From the NCBI RefSeq assembly GCF_009914755.1, contig NC_060933.1: a stretch of DNA of 64,000 bases; one strand, 5' to 3'. How positions within the stretch are numbered: position 1 is the first letter of the stretch; every line of letters begins with the position of its first letter. A program made the translations under genes and the position numbers. A model generated the notes under the pieces. The model saw only the letters and a list, made by a program, of their open reading frames with translations. It ran no database searches and was not told where the DNA came from. This stretch comes from the human T2T-CHM13v2.0 reference genome, Homo sapiens. Positions 19,974 to 37,988 of the stretch are shown here, in pieces.

Positions 19974-20505
19974 TGAAAACTTGGGGACAGGACAGAGACA
20001 GCAGGATGGAGACTGTATTCTCCTGCTAGGGTTCTTAGGTCAAAAGCCAGGCTCGGGTCCCTCCCGTCTCTAAGTTCCAGGTCCACTCCAGTCTGTGGAC
20101 TCCTGAGGAATATACCCACCCACCCACTGTCAGGCCCTTACCCCTCCCCCACCGCCCACTTCCTGTGCCTGAGGAGACACTGAGGCGTGGGGGTAGACTA
20201 TGAGGGAGCGGGGGTGGGGAGGATCTGGTTAAACTCCAGAAGAAGGAAGTGAGAACCTGGGAGTTTGGGGGCTAAGAGGAACAGATAGAAAAAAGAAATA
20301 AGGAGGGGGCTACTGTCTTTGCCTCCTCCATCACGAAAGCTTTGCCCTGAGATGTCTCCCTTGAAGCTCAGATAGGAAGTCCGGGGTAGATCACATCCTG
20401 TGACTTGGCAATGGCGCCCGTCTTTGGGTGCTGGTTGGGAAACAGTCATGCCCCTGCTACGGGGGGCTGGGGCAGTGCACGCCCCGCTGTGCCAGGCCCT
20501 CCATC

Positions 20506-21511
20506 TCAGCTGGCTGCAGGCTGGCTGTTGGCATAGGCCTGATCCGGGAAGGAGGCCCGGGCCCTGCGGGTCTGGGCACATACTGAGGCATAGAGCTCCG
20601 GCTCGGGGCCCGAGGCCTGGGACTTTGGCTCAGAGTCCAGCACCACCTCCGAGTACTTGACGGGGGTTCCAGGACCGGGGATCCGACCCTGAGGAGGCCG
20701 CAGCTGCAGGCTGGTATAGCACATCACCTCCTCTGCAGCCTGGAGATGCAAGGCTGTTAGAAGTTCACTGGACCCTCGGAAAAGCCCGAAAAGCCCCCCA
20801 CTTCCTTCCCTCCCCCTTTTCTCCAGCCACAGTTGACTCACCCTGGCAGGGCCTCCAAGAGTTGGATCCTGCTGGTCTGGCTCTGGGTCTTGAGACAGCC
20901 GTCCTGGGACGGGGAACAGGAATCTGGTCAGCAACTTGTCCTTCCTCCTGCACGCCCCCATCCCAGCCACCCAGGACCTGGCCTCTGTGCCCCTCCTCTC
21001 TGCCAGCTCCCTACCTGTCTGTAGATAATGCAGGTTCCCATACAGCGGGACCTCTTCCACAGACTCTCCAGAGCTGCAACGCAGAGTTTAGGGGATGAGT
21101 GGGGACTTCTCGGTAAGAGAGAACTCTCAGTCAACCCATCCCTGTTGTCCTTCACCCACCGTCCCTGCCCCGGATGGCTCCTGCTCCGGCCCCTGGTCCA
21201 CTGGGACAAGTGTGCAGCCAGCGAGATGAGAAATAGCAGCGTCACAGCCCCTAAGAGGACCCACAGTCCCCAGGCCTGGGTTATGGAGGGGATTCCTGTG
21301 GATGTGAAAGGAAGGGGGGTGTAACAGCCCCGCCCCACCCCCAGGGCCCAGCAGGTGGGACCTGGGGCCACATGACCCCTCCCCCACCAGCCCCTGCCCT
21401 GCCCAGCTCACCCAGTGCGAGTAGATCCGTGCAGTTGTCGCCTCTGCTCATGGCTGCAGATGTGAGAGTCCACAAGCACACTGCTCTGAGCCGAGGGTCA
21501 GCCTGGTTCAT
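20506..21511 (-). CDS. SIT1: Signaling threshold-regulating transmembrane adaptor 1, 196 aa, 5 coding exons: 21511-21412, 21295-21160, 21073-21015, 20903-20842, 20739-20506
   Basis: GT-AG joins give 591 nt in frame; MNQADPRLRAV..., TM segment WGLWVLLGAVTLLFLISLAAHL, tyrosine motifs YGNL, YTSL, VKYSEV, YASV, YANS. Confidence 0.97.
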
Positions 21512-23001
21512 GGCCTGACGGTTTCCACAGCACTTCTTACTCCCATCCCTCCTCAGGCCCGTACCCCGCAGCTCAGCATCCCCAATACTGGTGGTGGCAA
21601 AGTCTCTGGTTTCCGGGGAGGAAGGGGGAGGGGAGGGATGAAAAAAAGAACAAAGACCCCGCCCTGTGCCTGCACCTGCGCCACTCCTGCAGCTCCTGAG
21701 CTTCCCCCACCCTCGCTGCCCAGGCCCTTTGCCCCCCTTGAGAAGAGAAGCAGGCCTGTGGGTAATGTGCCACGGGCAGTTGAGTCCCTGAGGACTCTGA
21801 GGGCGGGGGGTGGGGGCAGAAGTGGTGTGAAGCAGGACTAACAAGGACAGGAACACCCCTTCTGCTCCAGGATGCCCACCTTCCTCCCTGACTCTGGTCC
21901 CAGAAGAAAGATGTATTCCTCAATGAGTATGGTATAAAGTGGAAGGGTCGGGGGAGCCTCCTGGTACCTCTGATCCCATCACACCCTAAGGCTGATCTGA
22001 GAGGATATGTGTTTAGATGATGCTTGTTATTGTTTCATTGGGGGCATTATAATTTGGGGGACACCCCCAAACCTCCCCTTTCAACCCACTTCATCCAAAC
22101 TGTCTGTAAGAACTGTCACTCTCAATAATTAATTGCATTTTAAAACTCTTTGCTGTAGGACTGTCCTGGGAAACTGAGCCCTATCTTGCACATGTTCACT
22201 TCAGCGGGTGTAGTACCTGCCATACCTAGAGCTAACTCCATCACGTGCAAGGCTATTGATGTAGGAAGAGGGATTTTAAGTTGCAAATATAAACCTGAGA
22301 CCAGAAGTCAGAGATGTGTTTTGTCTAGCCCATACAACATTTTTTAAAAGTTTAAAATCAGTGCAGTGGCATGCCAACAATAGGGATGGCAGAAGTCCTG
22401 CCCCTTGAGTTGCAGGCAATAAGGGGGTGCATTGTCTGTAGAGAATTTAAAAAATAAAAATCAGTCCTCTTATTATCACCATGTTCCAGAAATTCTGAAA
22501 AAAAAAATCAGTGATAAAATTATCCTCCCTGAAAAATATTTTATGGATCTAAGTTTTATATTTTTTTTGAGACAGGGTCTTACTTTGTCTCCCAGGTTGG
22601 AGTGCAGTAACACAATCTCAGCTCACTGCAGCCTTGACGATCTCCCGGGCTCAAGTGATCCTCCCATCTCAGCCACCTAAGCAGCTAGGACTACAGGCAT
22701 GTGCCACCACACCCAGCTAATCTAGTTCATTTTTTGTAGAGATAGGTCTCCCTGTGTTGCCAGGCTGGTCTCAACTCCTGACCTCAAGCAACCTGCCCAC
22801 CTCGGTCTCCCAAAGTGCTGGAATTACAGGCATGAGCCACTGCGCCCAGCCCAGATCTAACTTTTAAATTGCTGTAGTGGACCAGGTGCAGTGACTCATT
22901 CCTGTAATACCAGCACTTTGGAGGCCAAGGCAGCAGGAGGATTGCTTGAGGCCAGGAGTTCAAAACCAGTCTGAGCAATATAGTGAGACCCTCCATCTCT
23001 A

Positions 23002-23406
<405 letters not shown>

Positions 23407-23820
23407 TTTTATGCTGACATGATTATATTTACAAAGTTCAAGGAAAGAAAATATTCACTGAGTTTATTTCTTGGCCCTTATTATTCATTTTATAATTGCC
23501 ATTGAGAATAATTTTGTCATATAAAGAATGTTTAAATTTGTTTTAATTTTATTTATTTATTTATTTGAGATGGAGTCTCCCTCTGTCGCTCAGACCAGAC
23601 CGCAGTGGCACAATCTCGGCTCACTTGCCCAGGCTGGAGAGAAGTGGCGTGCCTGGCCATAAAGCATTTTTTTAAATGATCCACTTGAAAAATAAAACTT
23701 TGTTCCAGGCGTGGTGGCTCATGCCTGCAATTCCAGCACGTTGGGAGGGTGAGGCAAGAGGATCGCTTGAGCCCAGGAGTTCAAGAACAGCTTGGGCAAC
23801 ATGGCAAAACCCCGTCTTTA

Positions 23821-24039
<219 letters not shown>

Positions 24040-24119
24040 TCACGCCTGTAATCCCAGCACTTTGGGATGCTGAGGTGGGTGGATCACCTGAGGTCAGGAG
24101 TTTGAGAGCAGCCTGGTCA

Positions 24120-24356
<237 letters not shown>

Positions 24357-24974
24357 TCACACCTGTAATCACAGCACTTTGAGAGGCTGAGGTGGGAGGA
24401 TAGCTTGGGCCCAAGAGTTTGAGACCAGCCTAACCAACATAGTGAGATTCCCATCTCTGCAAAAAATTAAAAAATTAGCGAGGCATGGGGGCATGTGTGC
24501 CTGTAGTCACAGCTACTTAAGAGGCTGAAGTGGGAAGATTGCTTGAGCCTGGGAGATAGAGGCAGCAGTAAGCCATGATTGTGCCACTGCACCACTCCAG
24601 CCTGGGCAACAGAGTGAGAGCTTGTCTCAAAAAAAAAAAAAAAAAAAGACAGAAAAGAAAGAAAAATGTTTTTTAAATGATCCGGAACAGGCAAGGTGGC
24701 TCACACTTGTAATCCCAGTACTTTGGGAGGCTGAGGCAGGCAGATTCCTTGAGGCCAGAAGTTCAAGACCAGCCTGGGCAATACCCTGGTCTCTACAAAA
24801 AACAAACAAACAAACAAACAAAAAACAACAACAAAAAAACACACAAATTAGCTGGGCATGGTGGTGTGCACCTGCAGTCCCAGGTACTCAGGAGGCTGAT
24901 CCAAGAAATTTGGGGCTGCAGTGAGCCATGGTCTCACTACTGCACTCCTGACTGGGCAGCAGAGGGAGACCCTG

Positions 24975-25030
<56 letters not shown>
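24975..25030. repeat. (TC)n(CA)n microsatellite at an Alu tail
   Basis: Read directly from the sequence. Confidence 0.9.
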
Positions 25031-25033
<3 letters not shown>

Positions 25034-25321
25034 GACCACTTGGTGTCAAATATGCTAAGTATGCCACTGATTCCTTGTCAACAGTTAAAAATTGGGAGAT
25101 TTCAAATTTTTAAAATTCTAATTTGTTGATTCCTTCAAAAAAAGATCTGGCAATAGTGCCCTGAGTTCTCTAAAGGCAATAATCAGTTGGGGACCACTTA
25201 TCATTATTATATCTGGCCTGAACCCCTTATTTACACCGACTGTGCCAACTGGCTTAGATTCAAGATTTCTATTACCCTGCTTTGCGTACCCAGGCTGTCA
25301 CTGGGTCATCAGCTAGACCAC

Positions 25322-26016
<695 letters not shown>

Positions 26017-26046
26017 GAACTACACTATGATAACTCCCCTTGGTGA

Positions 26047-26616
<570 letters not shown>

Positions 26617-27121
26617 TAACACACATGATGTACTGATTGCCTGTTTGTATGCCAGGCTCTGGAGATAAAAATGTGATGAATGGAAATGGTTTCATGTCAG
26701 GGAGCTCTTGATCTAACTAGACAGATGACCCAGTGTATCCCAATTAAGAGACCATGGAAGGCTCTGTGGAACAGAAGGAATACCTGCCTGCCTGGTGAAG
26801 TCATGGAAGACAAGGATGGGGAAAGGCTGTTCGACAGAAGGTATAGAGACAGGCAAAAAACTGGTGAAATCACCACCCTGCCTCTTACCTGATTAGTAGC
26901 ATACTTAACCTTGCTGAATTGCAGTTGCCTCATTCTTTGAAAGAGCTTAACTATATTACCCTTTTGGGTCATTTTAACCATTCATTAATTTCATTCAACA
27001 ACGATTCATTGAGTGCCTGCTATCGCCAGGCGCCACGTGCTGTGCTAGGCTCTGGGAGTAAAATGGTAAAGAAAAAAGAGAGGTGGCTCCTGCCCTTGTG
27101 GAATTTAGGACCAGCCTAGCT

Positions 27122-27459
27122 CAAGGGTCTCCAACACCCGGCCACAGGCCAGCACCAGCCTGTGGCCTGTTAGGCTCCGGGCCACATAGCAGGATGTGGG
27201 CAGTGGGGCCAGCAATCATTACCGCCTGAGCTCCGCCTCCTGTCAGATGAGCACGGCATTAGATTCTCATAGGAGCGCGAACCATATTGTGAACTGTGCA
27301 TGGGAGGGATCTAGGTTGCACGCTCCTCGTGAGAATCTAATGCTTGACGATCTGAAGTGGAACAGTTTCATCCGGAAACCATCCCTCCACCCCGCTTCGT
27401 CCATGGAAAAATTGTCTTCCACGAAACCGGTCCCTGATGCCAAAAAGGTTGGGGACTGC
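27122..27459. mobile_element. MER1B-like element, inverted relative to the 25322-26016 copy
   Basis: gggtctccaac...catggaaaaattgtcttccacgaaaccggtccctgatgccaaaaaggttgggga. Confidence 0.75.
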
Positions 27460-28155
27460 TTGTCTAGTGGTATTGAAGAAAGTGAAATAGCGGCACTAAA
27501 GAATAAATTAGAAGTTGAATTAAGGGTTCCGAATGATGGGAACACACTTGAGCTGAGAACTGAAGGTCGTGTAGAACCCAGTATGCAGAAAGGGAATGCA
27601 GCGGCATGTCAGGGAGAGTCAGTGTAATTTCAACTGTCTGGCTTACAGTAGTAGCTGCTCAAGTTAAAAAATCACTAGAGTCCGTCGGGGTGGCACGTGC
27701 CTGTAATGTCAACTACCCGGGAGGCTGAAGCGGGAGGATCCCAGGAGTTTAAGACCAGCCTGGGCAAGAGAGCGACCCGCCGTTCCAAAAAAAAAAAAAT
27801 CACTAATAAGTAGGCACGGTTCTAACTTGAGTGATCCCATTTAATCATCATAGCTCTTGAAGTAAGTGCTTATCTTCATTCCTCAGAGTGGAAAGGAAGG
27901 CACGGAGAGAGAACTAAGTTTCACAAGGTCACCGCTCTTGAGTACAGGAGGCAGGATTCTAGCCCAAGCAGAGTCCATATGTTGTGTACCAGCTACACAG
28001 TGAATGGTGGCTACTATGGCGTTTGCCAAAGGGAGAGGGAGGTAGAAGAGGAGGCTGTTTCAGGAATGCTCCATATTTGGAGTAATGAGCACAAGGACTT
28101 CATAGCAAGGCCAAGAACAGCGTAAAGCTGCCCGCGCATGAAAAGCAGCCGCGTT

Positions 28156-28392
28156 GACCGGGCGCGGTGTCACGCCTGTAATCCCAGCACTTTGGGAGGG
28201 CGAGGTGGACTGATCGCTTGACACCAGGCGTTCGAGACCAGCCTGGGCAACAGGTGAAAATCCGTCTCTACAAAAAATACAAAAATTAGCCAGGCATGAT
28301 GGCGTGCGCCTGCGGTCCCAACTACTTGGGAGCCTGAGGTGAGGCATCGCGTGAGCCCGGGGAGGTCGAGGCTGCAGTGAGCCGTGGTCTCG
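28156..28392 (+). mobile_element. 3'-truncated AluJ-like element abutting the RMRP terminator
   Basis: AluJ-type right arm (gagcccgggaggtcgaggctgcagtgagccgtg-like); B box GTTCGAGAC; ends about 5 nt before the A6 tract. Confidence 0.85.
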
Positions 28393-28402
28393 GGAACAAA
28401 AA

Positions 28403-28670
28403 ACAGCCGCGCTGAGAATGAGCCCCGTGTGGTTGGTGCGCGGACACGCACTGCCTGCGTAACTAGAGGGAGCTGACGGATGACGCCCCCGCGCCACGCC
28501 GCTCAGCGGGATACGCTTCTTGGCGGACTTTGGAGTGGGAAGCGGGGAATGTCTACGTGCGTATGCACGTGGCACTCTCTGCCCGAGGTCCGGGGACTTT
28601 CCCCTAGGCGGAAAGGGGAGGAACAGAGTCCTCAGTGTGTAGCCTAGGATACAGGCCTTCAGCACGAACC
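28403..28670 (-). ncRNA. RMRP: RNA component of RNase MRP (~268 nt)
   Basis: Minus strand GGTTCGTGCTGAAGGCCTGTATCCTAGGCTAC...GGGGAAAGTCCCC...GGGGCTCATTCTCAGCGCGGCTGT, recognised as RMRP; T6 Pol III terminator at 28398-28403. Confidence 0.98.
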
Positions 28671-28920
28671 ACGTCCTCAGCTTCACAGAGTAGTATTTTA
28701 TAGCCCTAAAGAAATTGTGTTTTATGATTAGGGTGAGAAAGTTGGTGGCGTGAGATTAAAAAAACCGTTTTCGGGCATAACTTTCTAAGACTATAGGCTT
28801 TCAGAGGCATTGTGGCTAGCAGAATAGCTAATAGACACGAAATGAACAAATACAGGAAAGCTAGAATGACACTATCTTATGCAAATATGGTCTGGCCCCG
28901 CCCTACGGGGAGTGGGCGTG
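28671..28920 (-). promoter_or_regulatory. RMRP: Type-3 Pol III promoter of RMRP: TATA (28695-28702), PSE (~28718-28736), DSE octamer ATGCAAAT (28879-28886) and GC box
   Basis: TATAAAAT at -25 to -32, TCACCCTAATCATAAAACA at about -66 and octamer at about -210 give canonical U6-type spacing. Confidence 0.92.
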
Positions 28921-29031
28921 GCCTCCCCGGAGCCGGCCGGCCTGCTCGCGTGCGCGTGCGCGTTGGGGCGGCCGGCCAATGCCGGACCGCTTCGGCACCG
29001 CCCGCCCGATCCCTCCACCCGTGGGCCGGCA

Positions 29032-31839
<2,808 letters not shown>

Positions 31840-32638
31840 TGGAGTGCTCCTGTGTGTTTTTTCGATCCTAGTTGGTTGTACACACCCATACTAGGTGCCT
31901 AAGGACAACTGGGCCTTCTTGAAGAGCTGTCCTTATTAGGACAAAAAGAGGCTGCCTTCCAGTGTGACAGCAGAGAAGATAGAGGGAGCTCCAGCTCTTT
32001 TCCTCGTATTCCTGAGGCCACCAGCATGCCCGCGTTCAGGGCCCAAAAATCCCTTTTCTCATAGCAAAACTGAGACAGAAGGGTCTTTCCCAAAAAAAAG
32101 AAAAAAAACTTTACTCAAATCCAGTGGAAAAATAAATGATAGAAACTATACACAACATAAAAATAGCCACATTTACAAAGCTGCAGCCTTGATAAATGAC
32201 GGGCCATGGACACAGCACAGAGCTTATCAGTCCCAAATCCCCTCATCTGTGTTAGGGGCTGGTTCATTTGAGGTTTAGTTGGGTTGGACTTGGTTTCCTG
32301 ATTCTTCTTTTTTAATAAAATTTCTTAATTATTTTTTCTTAAATAGAGACAGGGTCTCACTCACTGTGTTGCCCAGGCTGGTCTTGAACTCCTGGGCTGG
32401 AATGATCCTGCCACCTCTGCTTCCCAAAGTGCTGGGATTACAGGCATGAGCCACTGTGCCTGGCCGTGATTTTTAAGAGTTGGTCAGATGATCTGGAGTA
32501 GCTTGGTCCAGGCAAACAGAAAGTGACCTTTGTCAAATCATGAAGGGTTCTGTTTTGTTCAGTACTGAAGATTCCTTTGTACTCTTGGCTGTGACCTATC
32601 CCTGAGGTATCCTGAGTTCTGGAATCTATAAGATTCCT

Positions 32639-35600
32639 CTAGTTTTTCTGGCTGCTGTGGAGAGAAGACAGTCAGTTCAGGCACTGGTATGAGTGCTTTA
32701 TTCAGACAAAATCATCTGGGGGTTGGTGGCTGGGGTGTGCCAGACCAATGTAGGGCATGAGACAGGAACTGCATATTTCCTGCTTGTGGGCCTCATCACA
32801 GCACCCTTCCTGGGGGAAGACACAACTTACCTGATAGCCCAAGTCAGACTGTGGTACCAGCGTGACAGCTCCTCCTGGTCTGTGGACATAAGCAGTAGCT
32901 TCTCATGAGGGAAGGACAGCTAGAGAGAGACCACCTCTTAGCGCATGGCTCAGAAAGGTCCAGGCTAAAGCTGAAGCCCTTGCTGTTTCCATGGAGCTAA
33001 TTCAGGGATGAGACAATGACTAGGTATGAAGCCCGAGCCCCAGCTATCCTCTCTCAATGTAGATGGCTCTGTTCCTATGAAAAGGGACCCAGACCAGGGA
33101 GATAAACCAGCCCATAAGCATCTGAGACATATTTTGGGTCTAGGGTTCCCACCTATTACTTACACTGAGCAACCCACCACAAGGGCCTCCTGAGTGGCCA
33201 AAGACCCTGCTGAGATGACACTGGGCCATGGGGTAGAGGGCCTTGCAGGCAAAGGTGCCACTCCGCAGCAGGTGCAGTGGAGGCCGAGGCTTGGCCATGA
33301 GGAGCACATCAGTGAAGAGGAAGAACATGCGGGGCCGAGGCTCCCCATGGGGAGGCACCACTAACAGCCAGCCCTGGCGTAGGAACCAGCGCCCTGGGGG
33401 ATGGGAGCGCTGTTATTCTGGTGCAGCTTCAAGATACATGGGAATAAGAGGAAAGGGAGGCTGAGAAAATAGGGGTTATGTGCTGGGTCAGTACAGGAAG
33501 AAGGGTGAGTAAGAAAAGAGCAGCTGGTCGGCATTTGGAGTTAGATAAAAATAAAAGATGGGGCAGTTGAGGATTGAAGGGGAAGTAGGCAAGCTACCTG
33601 AGGTCAGCCCCTTTGCCTGGCGTCCACTGAGCAGAGCCTGGACACGCCGAAGGTGCTGGTCATTCTTCTGTTTCTGACCAATAGTATGGACTCTCTGGGC
33701 AGTCTCACTTATCAGTCGGGCAGCCCCTGGAATAACATCTCCCACCTTACTCCCCATACAACTTTGACTTTGGGTGCCATGGTTGTGAAAGAGGTTATTC
33801 TGGAAGGGACCAGGGTCAGGGTCTGACTTCTTGAAGAAAAGGCAGAGCAGTAGGGACACTGTATACATGTCAGTGGAAGATACGGTCATACCAGACATTG
33901 TTGGAGGTCAGAATCAGAAAGGAATACAGGAGAGGAAGCCTCCAGCCTGCGTTGCCGAGGAGCAAGAACCTACGTGTGAGCTGTTGATGGTCAGGGCTGT
34001 TGGGACCTGTGTTTTCAGCCAAAGCTACGACGAGATTCTCATACCTGGAATTCAACAGTGGGAAGTCTGAGGGGAAGCAGAGCCAGGCAGAATTCCCCCT
34101 GCCTGATGTGCAGATCACCCTCTACCCATACTTCAATTGAAGGCCAGGAAAGATCTGCTTCTGGCTACTGTATCCCCTTCTTTCATGTAGGACTCAGAAC
34201 CAGGCTCACACCACACAGCCCTCTTCCATCCCACACTGAAGAGTCACTGGCAGACTAGCCATACTTCAGGAGGCCAGATTGGAAGATGAAAGTTTATCAA
34301 CCCAAGGAGGATGCTACAGACAGCCTGACTATAGCCCTTAACTCAGGCTTAACCCAGAGACAGAAATTCTAACCCAGGCCAGCCCCGCATCTGAAACTTT
34401 TCCAGAAACCGTGCCTCAGGCCCTAGTACAGGCCCCCTCACTTCAATTTAAAGTTCCACAGTTCCAGCTGAGGGCCTCAGGCTGCAGACCCTGGGTACTC
34501 CAATGGGTTCACATTTACTCTTGCAAAAGGTTTTTAGAAGCAATTTGGCTCAGGGTCGAGGCAAGAGTTTGGGATCGACCCCAAGGCATCCCACAAAGCT
34601 GAGGGCAGCAGTCATACAAACTAAAAGAGAGAGGCGGCTGGAATCAAGAGTTCACTCACTGCTGGAGCCGTTGCAGAGGCAGAGGGAGCAGGTCCTGGAG
34701 CTGAAGGCCCCCAAACTCAGGGCGGCCTTCCTGAAGCCGTACAAACCTCCGGAAACCTTTATTTTTCTTTAGCTGCTCCTGGAGTGAGGGAGAAAGGATT
34801 GGAAGCAGGGAGAGAAGCCACTCCTTATATTGCATTCATCTGTATCCACATTCCCAGCCTTCAGTAAGCTGTGCTCCTGAGAGAAACTCTCGTTTCTCTA
34901 CAAGGAACTTACCACAGAGCTGAGCACCCAGAGGGCTCTATAAATGCAGGAAATGTATGAAGTTTGGGTCTCCAGATGAAGGGGAAAGGTAAGGGGCAAG
35001 ATTTGAGGTCATCTCCAGGTTACCTGCAGGGTGGTCTGGGACCTCTCTGAGTTGGCAGCAAATTGGTTATAGAGCTCCAAGTGGCGGCAGAAGCCCTCCA
35101 GCCCTTGGCCCCAGCATCCTCCTTCCAGGTAGGGAAGCAGCTCCCTGTGTGGGCAAGGACAGCAAAAGGGCAGCTCTAGAACCACTCAAGCACCACCTCA
35201 TTTAGTTTTCATGAGAATAGCACTAATAGTAGTGCTATTACCCCATTGTACAGATGGAGAACAAGGGCATGCTAAGGCCCTGGGCCAAGGCCACAGGTGA
35301 GCTAACTGGCGGACTCCAAATAGAACCTAAGTCTGACTCCAAGCTCTGTGCACGGCCACAGGCCAGGACTCTCCCTCCTTTCCTCTCCCTGTGCCCCTTC
35401 CACTCACTGGCTGGCGCCGTAGATGAGCTCCCAGGAGCCAAACAGGGCCTGGCGCTCAGGTGGTCGCAGGGTCCCCTTGGCTTTCAGGATCCCCAAAAAG
35501 TACTGCGGAAGGAGAGAACATTGGTTCTTAGCCTAGAGGAAGAGAAGGCTAACGCCAAGCGCCCCCAGAAACCGCAGAAGTCTGCCCAGGCTCCCTACAT

Positions 35601-35821
35601 GCTCCGGGTTACCGACCTCGCAGAGACCCTCCCACACCCTGGGGTCCCTGTCCTATAATGGGAGCGTGTGCCAGGTCCCCCACCGTGGCCACCAGCCCCA
35701 GCTGTTCTTGGTAGCGCCGCTCGGTCTCTAGCAGCTCCCGGGCGGTGCAGGCGCGTTTCCGCTCCCAGCGGGCACGCTGCTCTTGCACCGGGCACCGCGA
35801 ACCGGGGCAGGAGAGCTCCAT
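32639..35821 (-). CDS. ARHGEF39: Rho guanine nucleotide exchange factor 39 (DH-PH), 335 aa; exons 35821-35684, 35502-35408, 35144-35024, 34778-34660, 34044-33974, 33726-33598, 33393-33164, 32919-32831, 32654-32639
   Basis: GT-AG joins give 1008 nt in frame; DH motifs ARELLETERRY and LLPLPLQRLQQYE; PH motif RMFFLFTDVLL. Confidence 0.96.
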
Positions 35822-36060
35822 GCCCTGGCTGAGGGATCGACACTTCCGGCTGCAGTCCGCGGCAGATTCAAATCCCAACCGCTCGCGGGCGGGAGCCGCG
35901 GAGGCGGGGCCGGGGAGGGCAGCGCGCAGGAAGGAGCATGCGCGGCGAGCGGCCGGACCGCGCAGGGTCTCTTCTGTCCAGCCCCACCGCCAGAGCGGCG
36001 CTTTAGGTGCGCGGCGCCGGCCAAGGCAGGGCAGGGCAGGGCAAGGTTGGGGGCAGGTGT
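35550..36060 (-). promoter_or_regulatory. ARHGEF39: ARHGEF39 CpG-island promoter
   Basis: CpG-dense region around exon 1; GC boxes, ETS-like CACTTCCGG, and a CHR-like TTTGAA on the minus strand at ~35867-35872. Confidence 0.7.
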
Positions 36061-37760
36061 GGAGCCCTCCTCTGAGTGGCACTATGTTGGAGCAGCAGCC
36101 TGAACTTTGAGTCAGGAGACGGGCTGCAGATGCTGGCAGGAACTTAATGTCCTATCTGGAGAATTGGGACGGGGGGCGGTCATTACAGTACACATTCTGT
36201 CCTGGGCCCATGCCAAATGCCAGGGGGTCAGTTGTTCCCAGAATTGGCTAGGAAAAGGTATAGCCATTTGAAGGAATGATATGAAAGTATTAAAAATGGT
36301 GTTGTAAAGAAGCTATCGATATGGGAAAACGCACATAGTAAGTATATTGCTGAGAGGAAAAAAAGCAGGCTACAAAGGTGTATAATATAATCCCCTTTGT
36401 ATAAAACATATATAAAATGTTGGAAGGCAAAACAATCAAAAGTTAACTCTGTTGCCAGGCACGGGAGCTCACACCTGTAATTCCAGCACTTTGGGAGGCA
36501 GAGGCAGGAGGATCACCTGAGCCCAGGAGTTCGAGACTCCATCTCTCCAAAAAAAAAATAAATAAATAAAAAATAAAAATAAAAAGTTAACTGTGGTTTT
36601 TATCTCCGGGTAATGGAATTGAAGATAATGTGTTTAACAAATGTGTATTAAGTACCTAATCTGTATCTGTGCCAGGCACTGGATCACTGAAGCTAAAGGG
36701 ATGAATGGGACAAACAGGGTGATTTTAAAAATTCTCTTATACTTCTGCCTTTCCCAAGTTTTCTACATTAAGCATGCATTACTTTGTAGTTAGAAAAAAA
36801 AAGTTATTAAAAAAAACAAAATGTCAGAAACTTTAGGCTCCCTCCCTACTGTTTTGGACTCCTAGGAATCTGGGCCGCAAGCCAAGAACCAGAGGATTGT
36901 CAGGGTTCTGAGGTCTCTACCACCTCCCCACCAGCTCTGACATTCTAAGAATTCTAAGAAAGGAATAATGCTGGGCTTAGACCAGGGAGGAATAACTTGA
37001 AGGGCTTGGATGAAGGAAGGGGAGAGTTTGGATCAGACTGTACCTTGGGCTTATGTCCCAAGGAAACTGGTGGTGATACCAGATAGGTAAAGGACTGGTT
37101 ACACTGTCTCAAGTGAATGTGGGACAGTCCACACACTAAGAGCTCAAACATGGAAGAGGACAGATAATCCCATGGTAATTGGTGTCACTGTGAGCCCAGG
37201 TGATGAGAGTAGACCACAACACCTGGGGTGCAGTTGGTGATGGGTGTGTTTGTGAATGCTGCCAGTGTGTGTTAGTGCTTTGGGTGGGTGGAAGAGGGGT
37301 GGGGAATAGAGCCTCCTGTGAGCATCGGTTGGGGAATCATTCAACTCTAGAAGAGGAAGAGGGCAAAGCCGAGAAGACACACTGAAAACAGTTGGTGACA
37401 ACTAATTCCCTGGGGACCGAGTCTCCCACAGAGCAAGTCAGGCACACCATACTCTACCTGGAACAGCTGCTAAACTCCGCTCCCACAGCCAAAGATAGGA
37501 GGGGCCAACAGGAGGAGGTTCAGAGGATAGTCAATAACCCCTTTATTCTTTAATTATCCTCAAATTTTGCTTTCAATCCGATGGATGCTGGAGAAGCACT
37601 AGGGATGCTTTGAACAACAATCATCAGTCATTCAACAAAATTAGGCTGGGCATGGTGGCTCACGCCTGTAATCCCAGCACTTTGGGAGGCTGAGGCAGGC
37701 GGATCACCTGAGGTCGGGAGTTACAGTTACAATGGCTGTGTGCTTCTTTATGTGTTGTCA

Positions 37761-37988
<228 letters not shown>

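Noticed and set aside
28590-28702. Possible cartilage-hair-hypoplasia-type RMRP lesions
   Set aside because: The GGGGAAAGTCCCC core and the TATA-to-start spacing match the normal sequence as I recall it; no promoter duplication is seen.
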